This document shows, piece after piece, positions 18,202-28,839 of a stretch of DNA of 64,000 nucleotides; within the stretch, counting starts at the first letter, position 1; every line of letters starts with the position of its first letter. The DNA comes from Clostridium sp. (GTDB lineage Bacteria; Bacillota; Clostridia; TANB77; CAG-508), in assembly GCA_052174015.1 (NCBI GenBank), contig JBQMXM010000002.1:17999-81998 (forward strand), given 5' to 3'. A program made the translations under genes and the position numbers. Under the pieces are notes generated by a model. That model saw nothing but the letters and a program-made list of their open reading frames with translations. It had not been told where the DNA came from and did no database searches.

Positions 18202-20070
18202 TTAATTTAATTTTTTTAATATTTCTATAGCTATTCCTTCTGTTATTCCTGGAACTTCTATTAATTCTTCTATACTTGCATTTCGTATATTTTCTATTGT
18301 CTTAAATTTTAAATATAGTCTTTTAGTTTTTTCTTTTCCAATATTTGGTATTTCTTCTAATATTGATTTTGTTAATTTTTGATCTCTAATTTTCCTATGA
18401 TAATTAATTGCATAATTATGTGCCTCTATTTGTATATTTGATAATAATTGTTTTAATTCTCTAGAAACTTCTACTCTATCATAATATATATTATTTGATT
18501 CATCTCTTTTACATACAACTAATGATTCTGTTTGATGTTTGTCATTTTTTACTACTCCTGCAATAGTTATCATATCCTGTAATTTTAATTCTTTCATTAC
18601 TTCAAGTGCTGTACTCATTTGTCCTTTACCACCATCAACCAATATTACTTGTGGTAATTCTCCAAGACCTGTCTTACCTTCTAATGTATGTTTTAATCTT
18701 TTAATTAATGCTTCTTTCATATTTAAATAATCATCATTTGTATCTATCATTTTAAATTTTCTAAATAGTCTTTTGTCTATCTTCCCGTCTTTTAATACTG
18801 CCATTCCAGCTACTGTATTTTCTCCACTAATATGTGATATATCATACATTTCTATTCTATGTGGTAATTCTAATATATTTAATATATCTTTTAATTCTTT
18901 TAAAACATCTAATTCTTTAGTTGCATTTTTTAATGTTTCTTTAGAATTAAGACTTATCATTTCTAATAATCTTAATTTTAATCCTTTTTGTGGTATCATA
19001 ATTTTTGTCTTAACATTATTTTTTTCATATATTAATTTTTCAAGTAATGACACATTTTTAAGTGGTTTAGCTATTAATATGATTTTTGGTATATCATCTA
19101 AATCTGTTACATTATCTATATATTTTTGATATATATATGTTTCAATCATTTCTTCTTCTGTATACATACCTAAATTATCTAATAATATATTTTCTCTTTC
19201 TTGTATATCCTTACTACGTATTTTAAAAACATCTACAGATATTTTTAATTCATTAATATTTATTGAAATTGCATCTATTGTTTCATCCGAGTAATTTGAT
19301 ATTTTCTGTTTTTGTTGTATTTTTTGTATATTAAATATCTCATCTCGTATTTTAGCTGCAACTGTGAAATTCATATTTTTACTTTCAATTTTCATACTAT
19401 TTTGTAATTCTTCTATAATTTCTTTAAAGTCACCTTTTAATATTCTTAAAACTTCAGATATATTTTGCATATATTCTTCTACATATTTCTCATCATTATA
19501 TTTTACACATGGAGCAGAACATTTTCCTATTTCATAATACATACATGGTTTATCTAATATTTTAAAATTATTACATCTTCTTAATTTAAATTTATCTTCT
19601 AAATATTTAATAACTGCTTTTGCTCCTAATACATTTGGATATGGACCAAAATATTTAATATTACCTGTTTTTTTTCTTCTAGTTAATTGTATTTTAGGAA
19701 ACTTATCTTCTAAATTTATTGCAATATATGGATAAGTTTTATCATCTTTTAACAACACATTAAATTTAGGCATATATTTTTTAATTAAATTACATTCTAA
19801 AATTAATGCTTCTTGTTCTGTATCTGTAATAATATATTCAAAATCGTATATATGTTTAACCATATATTCTATTCTACTGCTTTTAGTATTCTTTCTAAAA
19901 TACTGTCTAACCCTATTTTTCAATACTACTGCTTTACCTACATATATTATTTTTGAATCTTTATCCTTCATTAAGTATACTCCACTACTATTAGGTAGTG
20001 TTTTTAGTTTTGATTCAATCCTATTTATTCTTTCTATCTCTTCTTGATTATTTAAACTTTCCATAAGCAT
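18202..20070 (-). CDS. uvrC: Excinuclease ABC subunit C.
   Basis: N-terminal GIY-YIG motif (GVYLMKDKDSKIIYVGKA), UvrBC interaction and RNase H-like endonuclease regions, and a C-terminal HhH. Confidence 0.9.
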   Translation of the reverse strand: MLMESLNNQEEIERINRIESKLKTLPNSSGVYLMKDKDSKIIYVGKAVVLKNRVRQYFRKNTKSSRIEYMVKHIYDFEYIITDTEQEALILECNLIKKYMPKFNVLLKDDKTYPYIAINLEDKFPKIQLTRRKKTGNIKYFGPYPNVLGAKAVIKYLEDKFKLRRCNNFKILDKPCMYYEIGKCSAPCVKYNDEKYVEEYMQNISEVLRILKGDFKEIIEELQNSMKIESKNMNFTVAAKIRDEIFNIQKIQQKQKISNYSDETIDAISININELKISVDVFKIRSKDIQERENILLDNLGMYTEEEMIETYIYQKYIDNVTDLDDIPKIILIAKPLKNVSLLEKLIYEKNNVKTKIMIPQKGLKLRLLEMISLNSKETLKNATKELDVLKELKDILNILELPHRIEMYDISHISGENTVAGMAVLKDGKIDKRLFRKFKMIDTNDDYLNMKEALIKRLKHTLEGKTGLGELPQVILVDGGKGQMSTALEVMKELKLQDMITIAGVVKNDKHQTESLVVCKRDESNNIYYDRVEVSRELKQLLSNIQIEAHNYAINYHRKIRDQKLTKSILEEIPNIGKEKTKRLYLKFKTIENIRNASIEELIEVPGITEGIAIEILKKLN

Positions 20071-20080
20071 ATTATATCAT

Positions 20081-20125
20081 AAAAAAATAAGCATTGATAT
20101 ATTTTATCATTGCTTATTCTTTTTT
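20081..20125. terminator. Rho-independent terminator after rplQ (13-bp stem AATAAGCATTGAT/ATCATTGCTTATT, one mismatch, flanked by A/T runs).
   Basis: Inverted repeat read from the sequence, between the uvrC start and the rplQ stop. Confidence 0.6.
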
Positions 20126-20137
20126 GTATTAATATTA

Positions 20138-20638
20138 TTATAATACTTCTAAAATAGCCATTTTAGCATTATCTCCTCTTCTAGGATTTAATTTAACTAT
20201 TCTAGTATGTCCTCCAACTCTATTTTCTTGAGCTGGTGCTATTTCATCAAATATCTTATTAATTAAGTCTACATTTTTAACTTTATTAACTTTTTTCATC
20301 ATTTGTCTTCTAGCATGTAATCTTGATGGTAAATCTTTTTTTCTTTTTTCCATTGTTTCTTCTTTTACTACTTTGTTATATTCTTTACCATTTTTACTTG
20401 TAACTTTTTCAGTTACTTTATGACCTTTTTCATCTAATTTTGCTTTGATTACTTTTTGGTCTACAATTTCAAAATTATCTTTTTCTTTAACTGCTAAAGA
20501 AATTATACTATCAGCTATTTTTTTAACTTCTTTTGCTCTATCTTCAGTAGTAGTAATTCTACCATGTAAGAATAAGTCTGTAGTTAAAGTTCTTAACATA
20601 GCCATTCTTTGATCTGTAGGTCTTCCTAATTTTCTCAT
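20138..20638 (-). CDS. rplQ: 50S ribosomal protein L17 with a roughly 45-aa Lys/Glu-rich internal insertion.
   Basis: Conserved N-terminus (RKLGRPTDQRMAMLR) and C-terminus (GGHTRIVKLNPRRGDNAKMAILEVL). The 166-aa length exceeds the usual 115-130 aa. Confidence 0.9.
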   Translation of the reverse strand: MRKLGRPTDQRMAMLRTLTTDLFLHGRITTTEDRAKEVKKIADSIISLAVKEKDNFEIVDQKVIKAKLDEKGHKVTEKVTSKNGKEYNKVVKEETMEKRKKDLPSRLHARRQMMKKVNKVKNVDLINKIFDEIAPAQENRVGGHTRIVKLNPRRGDNAKMAILEVL

Positions 20639-20666
20639 TACATTTCCTTTCTTTAAATATTATTTA

Positions 20667-21611
20667 TTATTCTTCTTCTTTTTTAAATTCTAATCCTAAT
20701 TCTGCTACTTTATCTACTATTTCTTGTAGAGATTTAGAACCTAAATTCTTAAACTTACTCACCTCATCACGTGTATATGATAATAGGTCTCCAAGTGTAA
20801 TTATCTCTTTAATTTTTAAACAATTTAATGGTCTCTTACTTAATCCTAATTCTTCTACTTTAGTGTTATACATTTTAGTTTCTAATTCTTCTTTAGGTTC
20901 TACCATTACTTGCATACCTTTTGCCACATCAGTAAGTCCTATAAATAATTCTAAATGTGAATTCATTACTTTTGCTGCTAAACTTAAAGCTTCTTCTGGA
21001 TTTAAACTTCCATCTGTCCATATTTCTAATACTAATTTATCATAATCTACTCTATCACCAACTCTAGTATTTTCAATACTATAGTTTACTTTTTTAACTG
21101 GTGTAAAAATTGAGTCTATTGGTAAATAATTTATTTCTTTACCTTCTTTAGTATTTTGTTCTGCAGACTTATATCCTCTACCTTTTTCTATTGTTAATTC
21201 CATATTGAAATTTGCTCCTTTTGAAGCTGTAGCAATATGTAATTCTGGATTTAGTACTTCTACTTCTGCATCTGCTTTTATACTAGCTCCTGTAATTTCT
21301 CCTGCATCTTTATGTTTTAAAACTAAAACTTTTTTATCTACTGAAGATTTAAATCTTAAAGATTTTAAATTTAAAATTATTTCCATAAAATCTTCTACAA
21401 TATTTGGTATACTTGTAAATTCATGTTGAATTCCTTCTAATTTAACACCTGTTATTGCAACACCTGGTAATGATGATAATAATACTCTTCTTAAAGCGTT
21501 TCCAAGAGTAATACCATATCCTCTTTCTAATGGTTCACATACAAATTTGGCATATCTATTATTTATGTCATATTCAACACATTCTATATTTGGTTTTTCA
21601 AATTCTATCAT
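20667..21611 (-). CDS. rpoA: DNA-directed RNA polymerase subunit alpha.
   Basis: RpoA N-terminal domain (GYGITLGNALRRVLLSSLPG) and the C-terminal alpha-CTD. Confidence 0.95.
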   Translation of the reverse strand: MIEFEKPNIECVEYDINNRYAKFVCEPLERGYGITLGNALRRVLLSSLPGVAITGVKLEGIQHEFTSIPNIVEDFMEIILNLKSLRFKSSVDKKVLVLKHKDAGEITGASIKADAEVEVLNPELHIATASKGANFNMELTIEKGRGYKSAEQNTKEGKEINYLPIDSIFTPVKKVNYSIENTRVGDRVDYDKLVLEIWTDGSLNPEEALSLAAKVMNSHLELFIGLTDVAKGMQVMVEPKEELETKMYNTKVEELGLSKRPLNCLKIKEIITLGDLLSYTRDEVSKFKNLGSKSLQEIVDKVAELGLEFKKEEE

Positions 21612-21653
21612 TTAGTCCCCCTGTAGGTTATTAAAAACCTAAAAATTATATTA

Positions 21654-22247
21654 TTATTTAGAATAAAGCTCAACTATTAAGTGTTCTTCTATTGGAAGAT
21701 CTATTTCTTCTCTTTCTGGTGTTCTTAATACTTTTATGCTTAATTCTTCTTTAGTAACTTCTAACCATTCTACTACTCTTGCAATTGTTCCATCAGCTAT
21801 ATTTCCTAATATTACTGGATGTTCTTTTTTGTTTTCTCTAACTTTAATTATATCTCCTTGTTTTACTAAGTATGAAGCTATATCTGTTTTTACTCCATTT
21901 ACTTCAATTGAACCATGAGATATTAATTGTCTAGCTTGTGGTCTTGTTTTTGCAAATCCTGCTCTAAATAATACATTATCTAGTCTTGTTTCAAGAATTT
22001 GTAATAAAATTTCACCTGTTTTTCCTTTTTTTCTTGAAGCTTTTTCAAAATAATTTTTAAATTGTTTTTCACTAACATCATAAATGAATTTAGCTTTTTG
22101 TTTTTCTTTTAATTGAATTGCATAGTCTGTTGCTTTTTTTACTGTTCTTTTTGGTTTCCTTTCAGATGTCTTATTAATCCCAATATATGCTGGACTAATT
22201 CCTAAAGCTCTACATCTTTTTAAAACTGGAACATTAAATCTTGCCAT
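21654..22247 (-). CDS. rpsD: 30S ribosomal protein S4.
   Basis: Conserved S4 N-terminus and S4 RNA-binding domain. Position is between rpsK and rpoA. Confidence 0.9.
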   Translation of the reverse strand: MARFNVPVLKRCRALGISPAYIGINKTSERKPKRTVKKATDYAIQLKEKQKAKFIYDVSEKQFKNYFEKASRKKGKTGEILLQILETRLDNVLFRAGFAKTRPQARQLISHGSIEVNGVKTDIASYLVKQGDIIKVRENKKEHPVILGNIADGTIARVVEWLEVTKEELSIKVLRTPEREEIDLPIEEHLIVELYSK

Positions 22248-22273
22248 ATCTTTCTCCTTTATATATTTTTTTA

Positions 22274-22666
22274 TTATACTCTTCTTCTTTTTGGTGGTCT
22301 ACATCCATTATGTGGAATTGGAGTTACATCTTTTATACTAGTTATTTCTAATCCTGCTGTTGCAAGTGATCTAATAGCTGTTTCTCTTCCTGAACCTGGT
22401 CCTTTAATATAAACTGCTACTGATTTTAATCCCATATCTACTGCTTTTTTAGCTGCTGATTCTGCTACTTCTCCTGCAGCAAATGGTGTGCTTTTTCTTG
22501 AACCTTTGAATCCTAAGTCTCCTGCACTTGCCCATGCTATTGCATTTCCTTGTTTATCTGTAATTGTTACAATAGTATTATTAAAGCTTGCATGAATGTG
22601 AGCTGCTCCTGCATCAAAAGTTATCTTTTTCTTTCTAGTTACTTTCTTCTTTCCAGCCTTAGCCAT
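22274..22666 (-). CDS. rpsK: 30S ribosomal protein S11.
   Basis: C-terminal [13 protein letters not shown] signature. Confidence 0.95.
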   Translation of the reverse strand: MAKAGKKKVTRKKKITFDAGAAHIHASFNNTIVTITDKQGNAIAWASAGDLGFKGSRKSTPFAAGEVAESAAKKAVDMGLKSVAVYIKGPGSGRETAIRSLATAGLEITSIKDVTPIPHNGCRPPKRRRV

Positions 22667-22694
22667 TTTTTCCTCCTCTGCTAATTTCTAATGC

Positions 22695-23057
22695 TTATTT
22701 TTTTCTACTTACTACCTTTTTTGGTCCTTTTCTTGTACGTGCATTATTTTTTGTATTTTGTCCTCTAACAGGTAGATTTTTTCTGTGTCTTAATCCTCTG
22801 TAACATCCGATTTCTCTTAATCTTTTAATATCTAATGCTACTTCTCTTCTTAAATCTCCCTCTACTGTATAGTTAGCTATTTCTTTTCTTATTTCGTTAA
22901 CTTGGTCATCTGTTAAATCTTTTACTCTAGTATCTGGGTTTATTTTTACTTTTTTTAATATTTCGTTTGATAATTTTCTACCAATCCCATAAATATATGT
23001 AAGTGATATTTCAACCCTTTTATCTCTAGGTATATCAACTCCTGCTATACGAGCCAT
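22695..23057 (-). CDS. rpsM: 30S ribosomal protein S13.
   Basis: [27 protein letters not shown]-terminus. Confidence 0.95.
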   Translation of the reverse strand: MARIAGVDIPRDKRVEISLTYIYGIGRKLSNEILKKVKINPDTRVKDLTDDQVNEIRKEIANYTVEGDLRREVALDIKRLREIGCYRGLRHRKNLPVRGQNTKNNARTRKGPKKVVSRKK

Positions 23058-23319
23058 ATTTTATTCCTCCAAATTTTATATTTTATATATTTATTATTTA
23101 TATTCTTATATTCTATATTTCTAATTTTATTTTATTTAAACTTTATTTATTTTACTTTTATTTTATACTTTACTTAATTATTTTTTTGATTATATTTTAA
23201 TTATTTAAATTAATATAAGTTGAAATGTAATTTAAATGTGTTCATATAACAAAGGATGAGGTTGCTTTCTTATTTAAACATCTTTAAATTAGCCCTATAT
23301 TAATTATTATTTACTAAGA

Positions 23320-23448
<129 letters not shown>

Positions 23449-23679
23449 CTATTTTTTTCTCCATGTAATTCTTGCTTTATTTAAGTCATATGGAGACATT
23501 TCTAATGTTACTACATCTCCTGGTAAAATCTTTATATTATTCATTCTTAATTTTCCAGATATATGAGCAATCACTTCATGTCCATTATCTAATTTAACTT
23601 TAAAAGTTGTATTTGGTAATGTTTCTACAACTGTTCCTTCAATTTCAATAAGTCCTTCTTTTGACAATTTGCCCTCCAA
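23449..23679 (-). CDS. infA: Translation initiation factor IF-1.
   Basis: S1-like OB fold with [33 protein letters not shown]. Confidence 0.95.
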   Translation of the reverse strand: MEGKLSKEGLIEIEGTVVETLPNTTFKVKLDNGHEVIAHISGKLRMNNIKILPGDVVTLEMSPYDLNKARITWRKK

Positions 23680-23780
23680 ATTTTTACTTATTTGTATATT
23701 TTCATATAATATTTTAGTGTATAAAATATATAGTATATAAATACATAAACATACACTATAATTTTAACACTTTTTATCAT

Positions 23781-24548
23781 TTATGTCAATAATTCTGCAC
23801 CATTAGAAGTAATTAAAATTGTATTTTCATAATGTGCTGATAATTTACCATCTTTAGTTACAACAGTCCATCCATCTGGATCACAATCTAATATCTGTCT
23901 ACTTCCTTCAACTACCATTGGTTCAACTGCAATTGTCATACCTTCTATTAATCGTGGTCCACTTCCTTTTTTACCATAATTAGGTACGGCTGGGTCTTCA
24001 TGCATTTCTTTTCCAATACCATGCCCTTGATATTCATGTATAACATCAAATCCATGTTTTTGTACATAATTACAAATAGCATAAGAAATATCCCCAATCC
24101 TATTACCTGGTTTAGCTTGTTTTATTCCTTCAAAAAATGCTTTACGTGTTACATCTATTAGTTTTTGTGCATTTTTAGAAATATTACCTACTGCATATGT
24201 TCTTGCACAATCTGCATGATAACCATTTTTAGCTATAACTAAATCTACAGATACAATATCTCCATCTTTTAAAATTAGTTTTTTAGATGGAACTCCATGT
24301 ATTATTTGGTCATTTACTGAAATACACGCATGTCCTGGAAATGGTGGATTACCTGGTATATGATTAGGATATAAATATTCTGCAGATGTTGCTCCTGCTT
24401 CTTCTATTATTTTTTTAATAACTAAATTCAAATCCCATGTTGAAATTCCTGGTCTAATACTTTTTTCTACTTCTTTATGAATTTTTTTCATAATTTTACC
24501 AGCTTCTCTCATAAGTTCTATTTCTCTTGGTGATTTTATTTCTATCAT
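23781..24548 (-). CDS. map: Methionine aminopeptidase type I.
   Basis: Metal-binding residues in the conserved DIVSVD, HGIGKEMHE and VEPM contexts. Confidence 0.9.
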   Translation of the reverse strand: MIEIKSPREIELMREAGKIMKKIHKEVEKSIRPGISTWDLNLVIKKIIEEAGATSAEYLYPNHIPGNPPFPGHACISVNDQIIHGVPSKKLILKDGDIVSVDLVIAKNGYHADCARTYAVGNISKNAQKLIDVTRKAFFEGIKQAKPGNRIGDISYAICNYVQKHGFDVIHEYQGHGIGKEMHEDPAVPNYGKKGSGPRLIEGMTIAVEPMVVEGSRQILDCDPDGWTVVTKDGKLSAHYENTILITSNGAELLT

Positions 24549-24573
24549 TTTTCCCTCTTATCTAATAATATCT

Positions 24574-25236
24574 CTACTTGTTTTTAGATATATTCCAATC
24601 TATTTCTTTTAATATATCTTTTTCACTTTTATTTAATTTAATACTTGTTTCTATTGTAAACAATTTACCTGTTTTCTTATAGTATTCTATTAAATCATAT
24701 GTTTTTTTATAATATTCTTCCAATCTTGTGACTACTTTTTCTTCTGTATCATCTGGTCTGCGAACTAATTTACTATCACATTTATCACACATCCATTCAG
24801 TTAATGGTTTTTTAGTTTTCAGATTATATATTGACTTACATTTAGGACATACAAGTCTATTAACAATTCTCTCTATAATTTCTTCTTTTGGAACTTCTAA
24901 ATTAATTACTGCATCTAATTGAAATTTATTCTTTTTTAGCATTTGATATAATTCATCTGCTTGCACTATATTTCTTGGAAATCCGTCAAGAATAAATCCA
25001 TCCCTACAATCAATTTTTTTAATCCTGTCTTCTACCATTTTTAAAATATATTCATCTGGAACTAATTCTCCTTTTTCCATAAATTCTTTAATTTGTGCTG
25101 AGTTCTTACCATTATTATTAATTTCATCTCTAAATAAGTCTCCTGTTGATATATGTGGAATTTCATAATATTTAGATATATATGTACTCATTGTACCTTT
25201 TCCTGTTCCTGGTGCTCCTAGCATTACAATTATCAT
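24574..25236 (-). CDS. adk: Adenylate kinase (zinc-lid type).
   Basis: P-loop GAPGTGKGT and a lid domain CPKC...CDKC. Confidence 0.95.
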   Translation of the reverse strand: MIIVMLGAPGTGKGTMSTYISKYYEIPHISTGDLFRDEINNNGKNSAQIKEFMEKGELVPDEYILKMVEDRIKKIDCRDGFILDGFPRNIVQADELYQMLKKNKFQLDAVINLEVPKEEIIERIVNRLVCPKCKSIYNLKTKKPLTEWMCDKCDSKLVRRPDDTEEKVVTRLEEYYKKTYDLIEYYKKTGKLFTIETSIKLNKSEKDILKEIDWNISKNK

Positions 25237-25510
25237 ATTATTTTCTCCTTTTACTAATAAATATAAAAAATTATATATTTAATCCTCTATAATTATTATA
25301 TATCAATTAACTTTTTTGTAAAGAAAATTAATTCCTTTTTAATATATTTAATACATCTAGTATATATACTAGATATACTACATCTATTTAGTATGTTTAT
25401 CTAATATGTCTTCATGTCTATTCTAAACTTAAATGCAATAAGTAGCATAATTAGTGTTTATGCTACTTATATATTCTCATCTTTTGAAGTATTTATGTAT
25501 TATTATTTTA

Positions 25511-26845
25511 CTATTCTAAAAATCCTTTTGTTTTTCTAACCATTAATTGAGATTCTAGTTGTTGAACAGTTTCTATAGCAACACCAACGATAATTAATAT
25601 TGATGTTCCTCCAAAACCTAAATTTTGATGTAGAAATACATTTACTAACATTGGTATTATTGCTATTACACATAGGAATAATGAACCAAATGCTGTTAAT
25701 TTAACTACTACTTGTGATAAAAATTCATTTGTTGGTTTTCCTGCTCTAACTCCTGGTATGTATCCTCCATTTTGACGAATATTTGTTGCTATTTCATCTG
25801 GATTAAATACTGCTAATGTATAGAAAAATGTGAATGCTATTATTAATATCATATATACTAATGCATGTCCTAGTATATACCAAATTGATGCATTATTTAT
25901 TGTTGTTGCAACAGATAATGTATATAACCAATTTGCAAAACCTGATTTTCCTATTTGATTTGCAAAGAAAATTTGTATAATCATTGCTGGAAAAGTTATA
26001 AATGATGATGCAAATATAACTGGCATAACTCCTGCCATAACAGGTTTAATTGGTATAAATGTATTTTGTCCTCCATACATTTTTCTACCAACTATTTTTC
26101 TTGAATATTGTATTGGTATTTTTCTTTCTGCTATATGTACATATACTACAGAAGTTATTAATAATAATATTCCAATAAATAGTCCTAACACTGATATTAA
26201 TTTAATAACATTTATTGTTCCATTTTGTACAGTTTGAGAAATCATAGTAAATAATAAGTTTGGAACTGATGAAACAATACCTGCAAATATTAGCATTGAT
26301 ATTCCATTTCCGATTCCTTTCTTAGTTATTTTTTCTCCTACCCAAACTAAGAATGTTGTACCTGCAAGTAGTGATAATACTATTGCAATACCTGGTATAA
26401 CATATGAACCATTATATGGTGTGAATATTCTTGAATGTCTATATGCAATAAATAATCCTAATGATTGTACTAATGCTAGTACAAATGTAATAATTTTAGT
26501 ATATTTATTAATTTGTTTTTTACCTTGTTCTCCACCTTCTTTCATCATCATTTCTAATGAAGGAATTAACATTCCTAACAATTGGACAATGATTGAAGCT
26601 GAGATATATGGACTAATGCTCATTGCAAATATTGATAATCTAGCAAAAGCTCCCCCTGTTATAAGGTTTACTAATCCTAAAATACCATTTTGATTGTTAT
26701 TCATAACATTATTTAAGACATTAAAGTCTACAAATGGTACACTTATATGTGATCCAAATCTAAATACTATTAATAATAATAGTGTAAATAATAATCTTCT
26801 TTTTACTTCTGGAACTTTTATTGCATCTTGAATAGTTTTAAACAA
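25511..26845 (-). CDS. secY: Preprotein translocase subunit SecY.
   Basis: 10-TM SecY architecture with a conserved N-terminus. Position is between rplO and adk. Confidence 0.95.
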   Translation of the reverse strand: MFKTIQDAIKVPEVKRRLLFTLLLLIVFRFGSHISVPFVDFNVLNNVMNNNQNGILGLVNLITGGAFARLSIFAMSISPYISASIIVQLLGMLIPSLEMMMKEGGEQGKKQINKYTKIITFVLALVQSLGLFIAYRHSRIFTPYNGSYVIPGIAIVLSLLAGTTFLVWVGEKITKKGIGNGISMLIFAGIVSSVPNLLFTMISQTVQNGTINVIKLISVLGLFIGILLLITSVVYVHIAERKIPIQYSRKIVGRKMYGGQNTFIPIKPVMAGVMPVIFASSFITFPAMIIQIFFANQIGKSGFANWLYTLSVATTINNASIWYILGHALVYMILIIAFTFFYTLAVFNPDEIATNIRQNGGYIPGVRAGKPTNEFLSQVVVKLTAFGSLFLCVIAIIPMLVNVFLHQNLGFGGTSILIIVGVAIETVQQLESQLMVRKTKGFLE

Positions 26846-27283
26846 TTAAATCACCTCTATCTTTCCTCCAGCTGCAACAATTGCTTCTGCAGCTTTCTTT
26901 GTGAATCTTTTGGCTTTTACATTTAATTTTTTATCTAATTTTCCAGTTGCAAGTATTACAATTCCATCTTTTGCTTTAGAAATGATACCATCTCTAATTA
27001 AAGATTCTGCACTTACTTCTTCAGTTGTAGATAAATTTAACATGTTTAAAGTTACTTCTTGGTAATCTTTTTTAAACATTGCGTTTTTAAATCCTCTTTT
27101 TGGTAATCTTCTGAATAATGGTGTTTGACCTCCTTCAAATCCACGTCTTACACCTCCACCAGATCTTGCATTTTGACCTTTATGTCCTTTTCCTGAAGTC
27201 TTACCTAAACCTGAACCTGCTCCACGACCTACTCTTTTTCTAGTCACTTTTTTAAATGCTGGTTTTAGATTCCCTAATTCCAT
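26846..27283 (-). CDS. rplO: 50S ribosomal protein L15.
   Basis: [21 protein letters not shown] motif. Confidence 0.95.
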   Translation of the reverse strand: MELGNLKPAFKKVTRKRVGRGAGSGLGKTSGKGHKGQNARSGGGVRRGFEGGQTPLFRRLPKRGFKNAMFKKDYQEVTLNMLNLSTTEEVSAESLIRDGIISKAKDGIVILATGKLDKKLNVKAKRFTKKAAEAIVAAGGKIEVI

Positions 27284-27295
27284 CTTGACCTCCTA

Positions 27296-27781
27296 TTATA
27301 TTATTTCATTAACTTCTTTATCTCTTAATTTCGCTACTTCTTCTACTGTTCTCATATTTAATAATGCATCTAAAGTTGCTTTAACTACATTTCTTGGATT
27401 ATTTGTTCCAATTATTTTAGCTTTAGCATCTTTATATCCTGCTATTTCTAATACTGATCTTGCAGCTCCTCCTGCGATTACACCAGTACCTTCTTGTCCA
27501 GGTTTTACAACTACTTTAGCAGCTCCAAATTTACCTGTGAATTCATGAGGTACAGTTGTTCCAACTATTGGTACTTTTACAATATTATTTTTTGCATTAC
27601 TAACTGCTTTTACAATAGCGTCTGGAACTTCTGCTGATTTACCACTACCTATACCAACGTGACCTTCTCTGTCACCAATTACTACAAGAGCAGAAAATCT
27701 TAACGTGTTTCCACCTTTTGTAACTTTTGTAACTCTTGAGATATGAATTACTTTTTCTTCATATTTTTTTTCTTTTTCCAT
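27296..27781 (-). CDS. rpsE: 30S ribosomal protein S5.
   Basis: S5 dsRBD and C-terminal domain ([15 protein letters not shown]...). Confidence 0.95.
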   Translation of the reverse strand: MEKEKKYEEKVIHISRVTKVTKGGNTLRFSALVVIGDREGHVGIGSGKSAEVPDAIVKAVSNAKNNIVKVPIVGTTVPHEFTGKFGAAKVVVKPGQEGTGVIAGGAARSVLEIAGYKDAKAKIIGTNNPRNVVKATLDALLNMRTVEEVAKLRDKEVNEII

Positions 27782-27806
27782 TATGAGTTGTTTCCTTTCT
27801 TATTTT

Positions 27807-28166
27807 TTAGAATTTTAACCCTACTTCGCGAGCAGATGAAGCAACTGCTTTTATAACTCCGTGATATAGGTATCCTGATCTATCAAAAACTACTTCTTCT
27901 ATTTTTGCATCTTTAGCTCTTTTTGCTATTAATTTTCCAATTTCTTTTCCTGCTTCTATGTTATTTGATTTAATTTTAAAATCTTTTTCCATAGTTGAAG
28001 CAGATACTAAAGTTTTTCCATTTTCATCATCTATTAATTGAACGAAAATATTTTTATTACTTTTAGATACACACATTCTTGGTCTACTAGCTGTTCCTGC
28101 AATCTTGTTACGTAATCTTTGATGTCTACGTTTTCTTGCCTTTTTTTTATCAAATGCGTTAATCAT
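27807..28166 (-). CDS. rplR: 50S ribosomal protein L18.
   Basis: L18 family conservation (RPRMCVSKSNKNIFVQLIDD). Confidence 0.9.
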   Translation of the reverse strand: MINAFDKKKARKRRHQRLRNKIAGTASRPRMCVSKSNKNIFVQLIDDENGKTLVSASTMEKDFKIKSNNIEAGKEIGKLIAKRAKDAKIEEVVFDRSGYLYHGVIKAVASSAREVGLKF

Positions 28167-28199
28167 TTTATTCTCCTTCCATTACTGTTTGAATTATTC

Positions 28200-28261
28200 A
28201 AGGTATATATCTCCTTTTAAATCCTATAAATTCATATCCTTTAAAAGGGATATACACCCTT
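28200..28261 (-). other. Roughly 19-bp imperfect hairpin (AAGGTATATATCTCCTTTTAAA ... TTTAAAAGGGATATACACCCTT) in an expanded 111-bp rplF-rplR spacer. It has no downstream U-run, so it is an intra-operon stem-loop rather than a terminator.
   Basis: Inverted repeat read from the sequence. It lies just upstream of the rplR RBS GGAAGGAG. Confidence 0.45.
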
Positions 28262-28277
28262 TTAAAATCAACAATAA

Positions 28278-28814
28278 CTATTTACCTGTTTTTCCTTCTT
28301 TACGTCTGATTACTTCATAATCATACTTAATTCCTTTACCTCTATATACTTCTGGTGGTCTTTTTTCTCTAATATTTGCAGCAATTTGTCCAACTAATTG
28401 TTTGTCAATTCCTCTAACAGTTATTTTGTTATTTCCTTCAACATCAAAAGTTATTCCTGCTGGTGCTTCAACTTCTACTGGATGTGAATATCCTAAAGCT
28501 AAAACTAATTTTGTTCCTTGTTTTTGCACTTTATATCCTACACCATTAATTTCTAGTTTTTTTGTAAATTCGTTTACAACACCTTCCACCATATTATTTA
28601 TAAGGGTTCTTGTTAACCCGTGTAATCCATCTAATTGTTTGATGTCTTTTGATTTAGTTACATTAATAACTCCATCTTTTAATTCCACATTAATTTCTTT
28701 TACAAAAGTTCTTTCTAATTCTCCTTTTGGTCCTTTTACTTTAATTGTGTTTCCTTCTATTTTAACATCAACATTTTCTGGAACTACTATAGGTTTTTTC
28801 CCTATTCTTGACAT
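28278..28814 (-). CDS. rplF: 50S ribosomal protein L6.
   Basis: MSRIGKKPIVVPENVDVKIEGN N-terminus. Confidence 0.95.
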   Translation of the reverse strand: MSRIGKKPIVVPENVDVKIEGNTIKVKGPKGELERTFVKEINVELKDGVINVTKSKDIKQLDGLHGLTRTLINNMVEGVVNEFTKKLEINGVGYKVQKQGTKLVLALGYSHPVEVEAPAGITFDVEGNNKITVRGIDKQLVGQIAANIREKRPPEVYRGKGIKYDYEVIRRKEGKTGK

Positions 28815-28839
28815 AGCTTCCTCCTATTATTTTCTTTTT

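Noticed and set aside
23058-23319. The 262-bp AT-rich rpmJ-rpsM spacer was considered as a small-RNA locus.
   Set aside because: It has no conserved structure, promoter or terminator pair. It is more likely an expanded spacer or internal promoter region, so it is reported only as part of the spacer-expansion finding.
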